DNA from: a virus
Lineage: Duplodnaviria > Caudoviricetes
Virus record (IMG/VR): IMGVR_UViG_3300011337_000477
Coordinates: 1-26,621 of that record
Reading direction: 5' to 3' (one strand)
DNA length: 26,621 nucleotides
Notes under the pieces: model-generated
What the model was told of the DNA's origin: nothing
Database searches by the model: none
Seen by the model: only the letters and a program-made list of their open reading frames with translations
Position numbers and translations under genes: made by a program
Shown here: piece by piece, positions 15,339 to 24,515 of the stretch
How positions within the stretch are numbered: the first letter of the stretch is position 1
How the letters are laid out: the number at the start of each line of letters is the position of its first letter

Positions 15339-16274
15339 ATGGCCTTGCTATCTCGGAAACGCCTGATCCTCCTTAAGAAGGAGAGCACTTATGGCACCGA
15401 CATTGTTCCCGCCGGCACCGATGCCGTGCTGGTACGTGACCTCAGCGTTACGCCCCTGCAGAGCGACGTAGTTAGCCGCGACCTGGTACGCGCTTACCTC
15501 GGCGCCTCTGAGCAGCTGCTCGCCAATACCCGCGTTGAGTGTCAGTTCACGGTCGAGCTGGCAGGCTCCGGCACCGCCGGCACCGCTCCTCGCTACGGCG
15601 CAGCTTTGCAGGCCTGCGGAATGAGCGAAACGCTGGTCGCCTCAACTTCGGCAACCTACGCGCCCGTCAGCACCGCTTTCAGCAGCTGCACCATCTACTA
15701 CAACCTGGACGGCGTACTCCACAAAGTCACAGGCGCCCGCGGCACCTTCACCCTCAACGCTGAAGTCGGCCAAATCCCGTCGATCCAGTTCACTCTCACC
15801 GGCATTTACGTTCCGCCCACGGACACAGCCGCCCCTGCTGTCACCTACTCCGCCCAAGCCACCCCGCTGATCTTCAAGCAGGGCAACACCTCGGCTTATC
15901 AGTTCTTCAGCTACGCTGGCTGCCTCCAGTCAGTGAGCTTGGACATTGGCAACACCATTGTCTACCGCGAATTGGTTGGTTGCACTAAGGAAGTGCTGAT
16001 CACGCAGCGCAACGTCACTGGCACGGTGATGATTGAGGCGGTGACCATCGCCACCAAGGACTACTTCAGCGCCGCATTGACCGACGGAACTACGGGTAAC
16101 CTGACCTTCCTGCACGGCACCACAGCTGGCAACCGCGTCACCCTGACTGCGGCCCGCGCCGACCTCGGCGACCCCAGCTACGGCGACACCGACGGCATCG
16201 CCATGCTCAACCTGCCCTACACCTCAGTCCCCAGCGCCAGCGGCAACGACGAGTTCACATTGGCCTTCACCTAG
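15339..16274 (+). CDS. Major tail tube protein
   Basis: 311 aa with a GAGGA RBS. KKESTYGTD, ELAGSGTAGTAP and VTGARGT motifs. Strongly biased codons, and position just before the chaperones and tape measure. Confidence 0.85.
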   Translation: MALLSRKRLILLKKESTYGTDIVPAGTDAVLVRDLSVTPLQSDVVSRDLVRAYLGASEQLLANTRVECQFTVELAGSGTAGTAPRYGAALQACGMSETLVASTSATYAPVSTAFSSCTIYYNLDGVLHKVTGARGTFTLNAEVGQIPSIQFTLTGIYVPPTDTAAPAVTYSAQATPLIFKQGNTSAYQFFSYAGCLQSVSLDIGNTIVYRELVGCTKEVLITQRNVTGTVMIEAVTIATKDYFSAALTDGTTGNLTFLHGTTAGNRVTLTAARADLGDPSYGDTDGIAMLNLPYTSVPSASGNDEFTLAFT

Positions 16275-16293
16275 GCCGCGCCACTTCGCCGCT

Positions 16294-16345
16294 AAGCCGC
16301 TAAGTTGCGCCGCCTCCAAGCTGCGCCGCTTAGTGGCTTCTTTAT
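16294..16345 (+). terminator. Probable intrinsic terminator/attenuator after the tail tube gene
   Basis: AAGCCGCTAAG (16294-16304) pairs with CTTAGTGGCTT (16329-16339), followed by CTTTAT. Confidence 0.6.
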
Positions 16346-16376
16346 GCGCTACGCTGCCTATGCCCGCCTAAAACTT

Positions 16377-16703
16377 ATGTCTTTCGTTCGCAAAAAGGTC
16401 AAGACCTTCAAGTGGCCCGTAACCGTTGAAGAGCCCGCAGATGGCGGCATCTTCGACTCCAGCACCTTTGACATCACCTTCAAGCGCCTGGGCCGTAAGG
16501 AGTTCGCAACCCTAAGCGAGAAGGGGGATCTTATTCTGCTCAAGGCTGTGGTGCTTGCGTGGGACGGAATCGACGACGAAGAAGGCAAAGCAGTGCCCTT
16601 CTCCCTCGAAGCCCTCAAGGAGTTCAGTGACGACCCCTACTGGATTCGCGGCGTCCTCAAGGCCTACACCGAGACCTTCGACGGCGCTAAGCAGGGAAAC
16701 TAA
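16377..16703 (+). CDS. Tail assembly chaperone (gpG-like)
   Basis: MSFVRKKVKTFKWPVTV...VLAWDGIDDEEGKAVPFS, ending in the slippery site GGGAAAC-TAA. Start reassigned to ATG 16377. Confidence 0.85.
   Translation: MSFVRKKVKTFKWPVTVEEPADGGIFDSSTFDITFKRLGRKEFATLSEKGDLILLKAVVLAWDGIDDEEGKAVPFSLEALKEFSDDPYWIRGVLKAYTETFDGAKQGN
16694..16700 (+). other. Programmed -1 ribosomal frameshift site G GGA AAC
   Basis: X XXY YYZ heptamer directly before the TAA, analogous to the lambda G/T site GGGAAAG. The -1 frame is open from 16700 to 17047. Confidence 0.88.
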
Positions 16704-17047
16704 GCGGCGCCGCTAGGTATTGGGCGCAAGGCGGTAAGCGGGAAGAGGACAAAAGCAGCGAGGACGCGGCAGCGTTCGGTCTCCGCTTACCCGCTGCGCC
16801 GCCGCCCGACGGCGCAACTTACGAGGTCTGGGAGGAGAACTGGGACACGGTGCTTATGTTCCTGCGTATGCAAACGCAGTGGAACACCACCATGGCCGGC
16901 TACTTAGGCCTGAAGTACGACGTGCTGCTCATGTCCGGTGGCCTGTTCGACCTATACTGCATCAAGGACCGCGCCGCGATGCTGGAGGATCTTCAAGTGA
17001 TGGAGTCCGCAGCCCTAAGCGAGCTGAGCAAGAGCGAGGATAAGTAG
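16700..17047 (+). CDS. gpT-like (DUF1799-like) C-terminal part of the gpGT frameshift product
   Basis: The -1 frame reads LSGAARYWAQGG...DAAAFGL...YEVWEENWDTVLMFLRMQTQW...GLKYD...DLQVMESAAL and joins the track ORF 16850-17047 in frame. Confidence 0.85.
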   Translation, partial: LSGAARYWAQGGKREEDKSSEDAAAFGLRLPAAPPPDGATYEVWEENWDTVLMFLRMQTQWNTTMAGYLGLKYDVLLMSGGLFDLYCIKDRAAMLEDLQVMESAALSELSKSEDK

Positions 17048-17048
17048 C

Positions 17049-20000
17049 GTGGCTAAGCAGGTTGAGGATATTGTCGTTCGCCTAGTTGGCGAAGGCTTCG
17101 AGGCCCTCGACAAAATAAAGGGCTCCTTCCGCGAGCTAGGTAAGGTCACCAACCTGGCCGAAAAGGACATCCTCTCCGCCCGCGACAGCCTGCTCGACTT
17201 CGCTAAGAAGGCGGGCAATACCGAGGCCGTAAACAAGGGCCTAACTGACGCCTTCAAAGGGCTGCGCAGCCAAGTAGACCTAAGCAGCGAAGCTTACCGC
17301 TCCCTCTCTGCCGAGCTTCAGAGGCTCGATGAGGAGAGCAAAGGCGCTACGCGCAGCATCATGGCGCAGCGCGACGCAGTGCTGTCCAGCACTGCCGCTG
17401 GTACGCAAAACGTAGCGGCGCTCCAGCAACAACGCGCCGCTCTCATCGCACTAAGGGCGCAGACAAGAGATTCCTCTACAGCCTTTAATCAATTCAGCAC
17501 TGACATACAAGCAGTAGAAGCGCGTCTAACTAATTTAGCTGATGTCAGCAACAGGCTTAACAGTGCGCTTTCACGCGCCCGCGCTGGCACATCAGCAGGT
17601 GCTCGCGAAGAACTGACCGCTATTAACAATGGTATAGCAGCACTCCGTCAAGAAATAGATGCTATTGACCTACTAAACAAGAAGACACGGCAGGCAGCAA
17701 CGACACAGCAAGAAAGGCTTGCCATAGAAGAACGATTAAACGCTTCCTTAGCTGCGCGGCGCCAAATACAATTCCAAGAGACTGCGCGTACAGGGCGTGA
17801 AGGTGCTCGCACAGGTGCTGCAACGTTCAACAGTGCGGATCTTACGGGAACTGGATACTTAACGGCCGAGCGTATATCTGGACGCCTAGGCGACCTACCC
17901 AACACCACCGCTGGCCTAAGCCAGGAGCTGGGTGAGCTAAACGAGCGCCTAATTAACACCTACAGGAACACAGAAACCTACATAGCGGTGCAGCTGCGCT
18001 TGGCCGCGGTACAGCGTGACGTTACCTCAGCGACCCAAGGCTTTGGGGCAGCCCTCCTAGCCGATCTCAATGCCGGCACCCTCATCCCCAGCCAGAAAAA
18101 CCTGGCAGAAGTGATCGGTCAGCTCCGCCGCGAGATGCTTGAGCTTGATCAGACGACAACAGAGGGCTCTCGCGCCTACGCACAAAACGCCACGCAAGTG
18201 CGTTTGCTTGAGCAGCAACTAAAACAACTCGCTAACGCCTATACCAACGTCGCGGATAAAGCCCGTATAGCTACAGCACAGGGCACTAACCCTTTTACTG
18301 CCTCTGGAGCGCGTAACCCTGCCTATGCCCAAGAGCAAGTAGCTGCACTAAACGCCACACTTAATACTGCTGACGCGAGCAGCCTCGCTTCCGTCGATGC
18401 GCTGCTTAACGCTAAACGCAGCCTTTACGAATACGAAGCGCAAGTAAGCGCACAACTAGATCAGCAGAAGGATCAACTAGCTGCGCAAGACCTGGCCCGC
18501 GTAGACGCTCAAGACAAAAAAGAGGCCGCTGCCTTCCAGCGCGAGCTAAACCGCCTTGACATCCTCAAGCAGCAAACAGCCGCCGCTCGGGAGGCACTCG
18601 GCTTCAACACGCAGCAGCAGCTATCCCCGCTGTACCAGCAAATCACAGGCCTAGCTACTGCCGGGGTGGCCCGTCAGCAGCAGTTCATGGGCCGTAAACC
18701 GAGTGAGGTACTCAACGACATCGCTACCTCGTTCAATGCCGGGGGCCGCGGCGTAGACCTCAAGCAACGCAGCACCGAAATTGGTGGCTCTGTTGCTGAA
18801 GGGGTCGCGCAGGGCGCCACAGATTCCGCCGCCACAGCTGCCGGTGCAAAGAGCTTTGCCGATAAACTAATTACCGCCTACAAGCAGGCCTTCCGAATCA
18901 AGAGCCCCTCCGGCGAGTCAGAGGAGAAGATCGGCGTCCCGATTGGGCAAGGCATTGGACTCGGCATTATCAAAGGCATCGAAGGCCTGAAAGCAAGGGT
19001 ACAGCTCGCAATTAAGGGCGTAACAGCGACGCCGGGCAGAGCCGGCCTTCCTGCCAGTGTGGGCCCCGTCTCCGATGTAGCTGACAAACTCCAATCTTTC
19101 CTCGCCCGCTCTTCAGCTAAGACCTCCGCCTTCCTGCCCCTTACCCGTCTCATGGGCGAGGGGGTCACAGGCTCAGCAGCTCTGCCCTTGGCGGCGTACC
19201 GGCGTAGCTACGAGAGAGGCGGCATCGTATCGCCTTCATTCCTGCCCGCCGAGCAGCGCCGAGGCCTCAGGGGAACCCCTGGCATCCCTGGCGCGGGCCT
19301 TGAGGAGATCATCCGCGCTGAAGCATTCAAGGCCGTCTCACGAACCGGCGCCTTCGTTGGCCCGCTCTCCGGTCCACAAACCGCAGGGGGTGCTATCGCC
19401 TCCGCCTACAGGGCCGGCATCTCCCCTGGCACGTTCCAGCGGCCCACCGCCTCGGCCGCCTCGCTGCCCCTATTTGGCGCAGCTGCACAGCCTGCCCCGC
19501 TGCAGCGGACCATGCCCGGCATGGCCTACCAAATGGGAGGCTCGCAGTTCGCCTTCCCTACCGATGGCCAACTAGGGGCTGGCCGCACCCAATCCTTCGG
19601 CCGCGGCGCCGCTAACGCTTCCGTCACCGAGGCCATAAGCACCTACCGCAAGGCAGTAGACAACTTCTGGAACGGAGAAACTGGCTCCTTCGAAACGATC
19701 CGCCGTGTCGTTAGCAGCGGCGCACAACTGTCCGCAAGCAAGCTGGCCCGTAACCTGTCAGAAACTCGCAACACCACCGCGGCACTAAGCACTGCCGCCG
19801 TGCAGCTTGTAAGCGTTCCCGGCGCCGCGTTTACAAAACTACGCGCCGGGGTAGGGCAAGAGCTGTCAGAGATAAAAGCGACGCTAGGAGAGGTCGTACA
19901 GAAAGACCTCAATTCAGTCCGCAGCGGTGGTCAAAAGCTGCGTCAGTCGGTTAGCGGAATCGGAGGCGCAATACGCAACGCTGTCTCGCCGCTGCTTGGT

Positions 20001-23000
20001 GGCCGGTACGGCTACCTAGACAGAGAGATGGAGCAGTTTGAGCAGGGGTTCATGCGGCCGAGAGTAACCGGCGGCGCCGTGCCCCCTGTACCACCAGTAC
20101 CCCCTGGAGGCGGTGGTGGCGGCCCTTCCCCCGCAGCTAATAATGAGTTCACTAAGCTAAATGCAACTATAACCCAATTTGGCGCACTAAGTCGGCGTAG
20201 CGTTACTGACATAAGACAGCTAGGTGGAGCACTTGATGCACTCAAAGCTGACCTTTCACCTGTTGACGCAGAGTACAGACAGGTAAACAAGAGCATTGAA
20301 GCGCAGCAGGTCTTAATTGAGCGCGAGCTGGGCAGGCGGGAAAGGCGTCAGCGCCGCGCCCCTTCCACCGGCCAGCTGGTCCAGGCCGGCGGCGCTGCCA
20401 TAAGTGGCGGCATTTTTGGTGGTCCCGAGGGCTTCTTTGGTGGCGTAGGTGGCGCGGTCTTGGGCACCGCGTTGCCGGGCATCGGCACAGCGGGCGGCGC
20501 GTTCGCCGGTGCTGCCGCTGGTGCGCAGGTTGGCATGTTCCGGCAGCAGCTGGCCGGCACCGCGGACTACGCAGCCAGCATCGGCAAGCTGCAGATCGCC
20601 CTGCGCGGCGTAGTTGGCAGCCAGGCGGCCTACGACCAGGCGATCCGCTCTGCGGCCGCGGCCACCCGCGACCTCAACATCCCGCAAGAAGAGGCGACCC
20701 GCGGCCTCACCCGCCTGAGCGCCGCCGTGATCGGTGCCGGTGGAACGGTGGCCGACTCCAGCTTTGCCTTCCGCGCCATGAGCGAGGCAATCAAAGCAAC
20801 AGGCGGCAACGCCGAGCAAGTCGACGGCGCATTGCTAGCGCTAACCCAGGTCTTCTCCAAAGGCAAGGTCAGCGCAGAGGAACTAAACCAGATCGCTGAG
20901 CGCCTGCCTGGCACGTTCACCTTATTCGCCCAGGCCGCCGGCAAGACCGGCCCCGAACTGCAAAAGGCCCTCGAACAAGGCGAGGTCGGCCTAAACGACC
21001 TGATGAAGTTCCTTGACCTAACAAGCAAGCGCTACGGCACCACCGCGCTTGAAATCGCTGGCTCGTCCCAGGACGCAGGCGCCCGCCTAACCGTGGCGTT
21101 CCAGGCAATGCGCCTAGAGGTCGGCAAGGCGTTGCAGCCCCTAGGAGCTGAACTCCAGGGCGCCTTCGCCGCCTTCATAAGCGAGATCACCCCCGCAGTA
21201 GTAGGCAGCGCCAAGGCACTCGCCGCAGCACTCAGCTTCTTCACTACCAACGAGGCCGTAGGGGGTCTAGCCAGATTTGCGCTGCAAATGGGCGCAGTTG
21301 CGCTGGCTCTCAAAGGCCTACAGGCAGCAGCTTCCGGCCTAACCGCACTCAACATAGCTAGCTGGTTTACAGGCGCTGCTACAGGAGTCAAGATAACTGG
21401 AGATTATGCAGCTGCAGCTACTCCCAAAGTTGCAGGATTTAGAGGCGCCTTAGTTGGACTGTCTGGGGTACTAAAAAGCCTAGCCGCTATAGGTGTAATC
21501 ACCGTAACTGTAGACATCTTAATTAAAAACTTTACGCAACTGATGGCGGCAAAAGCCGAGTTAGAGAGACTTAAAAAAGAGCGCAATCCAGTTGGTGATG
21601 CCGGCCCTACACCCATTATGACGGCTGAGCGCCGCTTTACAGGTGCATCGCGTGAAACAGTTACTGCAGCTGTAGAGTTCCAAAGAAACACTGCAGCTAG
21701 ATTGCGCAAAGAGTTAAAACCCCTTGAGCAAGTAAGTAAATCGTTTTATGTTCCGTCTTTGTTTGCCCAGCTAACAAGAGCGCAAATAGACCTCAAAAAG
21801 CAGCAGATTAAAAACGCCGAAGAGATAGCAAACTTAGCCCCAAGTGCCTTCAAGCCTCAAGCACAAATAGATAAAGAGCGTGCAGCCGCTGCCACCAATT
21901 TCCCCAGCCCTGCAGGCGAAGACACAAAAGACAAGGCTGCAGAGAAAGCAAGGCGAGATGCTGCAACCGCTGCCGCGGACCAGCAGCGCTACTTAGAGAG
22001 CTTCATGCAGCAGCAGATTCGTGTTGCTGACACGGTGTTCCAGCACCAGCAAGACCTGGACCGCCAGCGCTTTGACCTGCTCAAGGAGCTGACCGACATC
22101 GAGGCGCAAAACCGCATCAACAAGCTCTTTGGTCCTGAGCGCGAAGCTGCAAACATCCAAGAGCAACGCCGCCAACGCAGCCTCGACTACGAAAACCGCA
22201 TCCTTACCGCCATGAACGCTGTGGCAGCCGCCCAGCAAAAACTAAGCGGCGCACAGCAAATGGCCACAGTAACCGCCGGCGCCGGCTTGTCCAGTAGCAC
22301 CGGAGTACCGAGCATTGGAGGTTTCACACCTCAGCAGCTTAGCAGCGCAACCACAGCGGCTTCAAAGTTCACCGGCATTGCGAACATGTGTTCGGAGTCG
22401 GTTAAGGCCTTTTACAAATCTCTCGGTATTACGCTTCCTGGTGTTACGGCATGGGCGGACACCGTAAGAAAGTCAGGCCAAGTAATGACTGATTGGAGCA
22501 AGATTCGAGCAGGCGATATTGTCGCAACCGGCCGACCAGGCGACACCCCACACGTCGGCGTCTATACCGGCGGAAATAACGTTTTCCATCAATCGCGCAA
22601 ACGCGGACTTACTGCAGGCAACTACCCCGATCTTGATTACTTTAGAGGGGGGTATTTTGTGCGCCCTACGGCTGCGGCCGGCGGCCGTCAAGCCACCGGC
22701 GTCGCCGCCCAGCAACGCCGCAACGTCACAGACACAGGCGACGTTGCCCTAGCTGGCCTAGATGTAACACAAGCGGAAGCTACTCTTGCAAACCTAACTG
22801 CTCAAAGAGATAGGTTTAACGCCGCCTTTAATCAGAAGCAAATAAACGCACTTACTGCCTCGCTAACTACGCAAAACAACGAACTCGAAAAAACCATAAC
22901 CCTGGAAACCAAGCGCTTCGACCTCGTACTCAAGGGCTACTCAGAAGAGCGCATCGCTCTAGAGCAGAAATTCGATCAGGCACGCATTGCGCGAGACGCC

Positions 23001-23798
23001 GCCCTGACCGGCGTAACCCCAGGCGACGAGTCTCAAGTGCTCGCCATAAATACCGCCTACGAGCGCCAAATCGTGTTGCTACAGCAGCTGTACGACGCTC
23101 AAACACAATTCAACAACAGCTTTGGCGCGGGCTTCCAGACCGGCGTTCAGCAATACGTGCAATCTCTCGGCACAATGAATCAGGCCGCCGCACAACTCAC
23201 CCAAAGCGGCCTTAAGGGCATCGAGGACACCCTATTCAGCCTCGTAACCACCGGCACGGCAAATTTCCGCGAGTTTGCCGCCGAAATACTCAAGCAGAGC
23301 GCACGCATGATCCTGCAGCTAACTATTCAGCGCGTAATCATGCAGATACTCGGCGCCATAGGCGGCGGCGGTGCTTCGCTTAGTCCTAGTGCGCCCGGCG
23401 GCGACTGGATGGGCGCAGTAGGCCGGATGAATCCCACCTCGGACTACGCCATGGGTGGCGCCTTCGCCAAGAACAACATCGTCCCCTACGCCATGGGCGG
23501 CGTCGTAGGCAAGCCGACCCTGTTCAAATTCGCTAACGGTGGAACAACCCGCACCGGCCTTATGGGCGAGGCCGGCCCCGAGGCAATAATGCCGCTCAAG
23601 CGTGGCGCCGACGGTAAGCTCGGTGTGGCGAGCAACGGTAGCGGTACAACTAACGTCGTCGTCAACGTCGATGCCTCGGGCAACAGCCAGGTGGCCGGCG
23701 ACCAGAACCAGGGCGCCCAGCTCGGCCGCGTAATCTCCCAAGCGGTTCAAGAGGAGCTAATCAAACAGCGTCGCCCCGGCGGCCTCCTATCGGCGTAA
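17049..23798 (+). CDS. Tail tape measure protein (2249 aa) with internal NlpC/P60-like domain
   Basis: Ala/Gln/Leu coiled-coil. Tape-measure motif ALTQVFSKGKVSAEELNQIAERLPG, and C-terminal GLMGEAGPEAIMPLKRGADGKLGV...ELIKQRRPGGLL. Follows G/GT. Confidence 0.95.
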   Translation: MAKQVEDIVVRLVGEGFEALDKIKGSFRELGKVTNLAEKDILSARDSLLDFAKKAGNTEAVNKGLTDAFKGLRSQVDLSSEAYRSLSAELQRLDEESKGATRSIMAQRDAVLSSTAAGTQNVAALQQQRAALIALRAQTRDSSTAFNQFSTDIQAVEARLTNLADVSNRLNSALSRARAGTSAGAREELTAINNGIAALRQEIDAIDLLNKKTRQAATTQQERLAIEERLNASLAARRQIQFQETARTGREGARTGAATFNSADLTGTGYLTAERISGRLGDLPNTTAGLSQELGELNERLINTYRNTETYIAVQLRLAAVQRDVTSATQGFGAALLADLNAGTLIPSQKNLAEVIGQLRREMLELDQTTTEGSRAYAQNATQVRLLEQQLKQLANAYTNVADKARIATAQGTNPFTASGARNPAYAQEQVAALNATLNTADASSLASVDALLNAKRSLYEYEAQVSAQLDQQKDQLAAQDLARVDAQDKKEAAAFQRELNRLDILKQQTAAAREALGFNTQQQLSPLYQQITGLATAGVARQQQFMGRKPSEVLNDIATSFNAGGRGVDLKQRSTEIGGSVAEGVAQGATDSAATAAGAKSFADKLITAYKQAFRIKSPSGESEEKIGVPIGQGIGLGIIKGIEGLKARVQLAIKGVTATPGRAGLPASVGPVSDVADKLQSFLARSSAKTSAFLPLTRLMGEGVTGSAALPLAAYRRSYERGGIVSPSFLPAEQRRGLRGTPGIPGAGLEEIIRAEAFKAVSRTGAFVGPLSGPQTAGGAIASAYRAGISPGTFQRPTASAASLPLFGAAAQPAPLQRTMPGMAYQMGGSQFAFPTDGQLGAGRTQSFGRGAANASVTEAISTYRKAVDNFWNGETGSFETIRRVVSSGAQLSASKLARNLSETRNTTAALSTAAVQLVSVPGAAFTKLRAGVGQELSEIKATLGEVVQKDLNSVRSGGQKLRQSVSGIGGAIRNAVSPLLGGRYGYLDREMEQFEQGFMRPRVTGGAVPPVPPVPPGGGGGGPSPAANNEFTKLNATITQFGALSRRSVTDIRQLGGALDALKADLSPVDAEYRQVNKSIEAQQVLIERELGRRERRQRRAPSTGQLVQAGGAAISGGIFGGPEGFFGGVGGAVLGTALPGIGTAGGAFAGAAAGAQVGMFRQQLAGTADYAASIGKLQIALRGVVGSQAAYDQAIRSAAAATRDLNIPQEEATRGLTRLSAAVIGAGGTVADSSFAFRAMSEAIKATGGNAEQVDGALLALTQVFSKGKVSAEELNQIAERLPGTFTLFAQAAGKTGPELQKALEQGEVGLNDLMKFLDLTSKRYGTTALEIAGSSQDAGARLTVAFQAMRLEVGKALQPLGAELQGAFAAFISEITPAVVGSAKALAAALSFFTTNEAVGGLARFALQMGAVALALKGLQAAASGLTALNIASWFTGAATGVKITGDYAAAATPKVAGFRGALVGLSGVLKSLAAIGVITVTVDILIKNFTQLMAAKAELERLKKERNPVGDAGPTPIMTAERRFTGASRETVTAAVEFQRNTAARLRKELKPLEQVSKSFYVPSLFAQLTRAQIDLKKQQIKNAEEIANLAPSAFKPQAQIDKERAAAATNFPSPAGEDTKDKAAEKARRDAATAAADQQRYLESFMQQQIRVADTVFQHQQDLDRQRFDLLKELTDIEAQNRINKLFGPEREAANIQEQRRQRSLDYENRILTAMNAVAAAQQKLSGAQQMATVTAGAGLSSSTGVPSIGGFTPQQLSSATTAASKFTGIANMCSESVKAFYKSLGITLPGVTAWADTVRKSGQVMTDWSKIRAGDIVATGRPGDTPHVGVYTGGNNVFHQSRKRGLTAGNYPDLDYFRGGYFVRPTAAAGGRQATGVAAQQRRNVTDTGDVALAGLDVTQAEATLANLTAQRDRFNAAFNQKQINALTASLTTQNNELEKTITLETKRFDLVLKGYSEERIALEQKFDQARIARDAALTGVTPGDESQVLAINTAYERQIVLLQQLYDAQTQFNNSFGAGFQTGVQQYVQSLGTMNQAAAQLTQSGLKGIEDTLFSLVTTGTANFREFAAEILKQSARMILQLTIQRVIMQILGAIGGGGASLSPSAPGGDWMGAVGRMNPTSDYAMGGAFAKNNIVPYAMGGVVGKPTLFKFANGGTTRTGLMGEAGPEAIMPLKRGADGKLGVASNGSGTTNVVVNVDASGNSQVAGDQNQGAQLGRVISQAVQEELIKQRRPGGLLSA

Positions 23799-23813
23799 GC
23801 CCCGCAACAGCTA

Positions 23814-24515
23814 ATGCAAGTCTTTCCCTACCTACCTAGCTTCCCGCTTAGTGAAAGCAGCCAGCCTCGCGCCAGCCGCACCGCATTCCCTAGCTACGAG
23901 CAGCGCACCACCTTCGGCATAAACCCGCTGCAAGACACGTGGGACCTCAGCTTCAGTGCCCGCACCGCTGCCGACCGCAACAACATCTCCGCCTTTCTAG
24001 AGGCGGGTGGAGGCAGCGAGCCTTTCCAATGGACAACCCCCTTCAACGAAACTGGCTCCTTCATCTGCACTGCCTGGGAAACCAGCCTCGACTCCTGCTT
24101 CCTCAACACGCTTACGGCGAAGTTTGAGCTGCAGTACGTGCCCGGCGGCCCCAACCTGACGCTTCCTGCAGCCCCCTCAACCGCCTTCAGTTACATCCCC
24201 GACTACGCCGCAGCCAAGTCCTACGAAACCCAGTCCCGCACCACGCAGTTTGGCGACGGTTACAGGCAGCGCATGACCTTTGGTCTGCGCCCCCAGAAGG
24301 AGGAGTGGCGCCTCGCCTTCAACAATCGCACAAACACCGAGCGCGATCTAATTCGCAACTACCTCCGCGGCGCCAAGGCCGTAACCGCTTTTGCCTGGAC
24401 CGACCCTATAAGCGCCGAGTCCATCAGGGTCGTGTGCGCCGAGTGGAGCACGCAGTATAGTAACTTCAACAACAGCGCCATCCAAGCGACCTTCCGCCGC
24501 GTGTACGAACCGTGA
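23814..24515 (+). CDS. Minor tail protein M-like (distal tail protein), two tandem gpM domains
   Basis: Both halves carry the gpM pattern: F.Y.P...F(GDG)Y.QR..FG+.P....W.L.F..RT...I..+L.......F.WT.P...C..W. Confidence 0.85.
   Translation: MQVFPYLPSFPLSESSQPRASRTAFPSYEQRTTFGINPLQDTWDLSFSARTAADRNNISAFLEAGGGSEPFQWTTPFNETGSFICTAWETSLDSCFLNTLTAKFELQYVPGGPNLTLPAAPSTAFSYIPDYAAAKSYETQSRTTQFGDGYRQRMTFGLRPQKEEWRLAFNNRTNTERDLIRNYLRGAKAVTAFAWTDPISAESIRVVCAEWSTQYSNFNNSAIQATFRRVYEP

Noticed and set aside
16305-16376. ORF-track N-terminal extension of the tail chaperone
   Set aside because: It starts with TTG inside the terminator hairpin. The chaperone-like sequence starts at ATG 16377.
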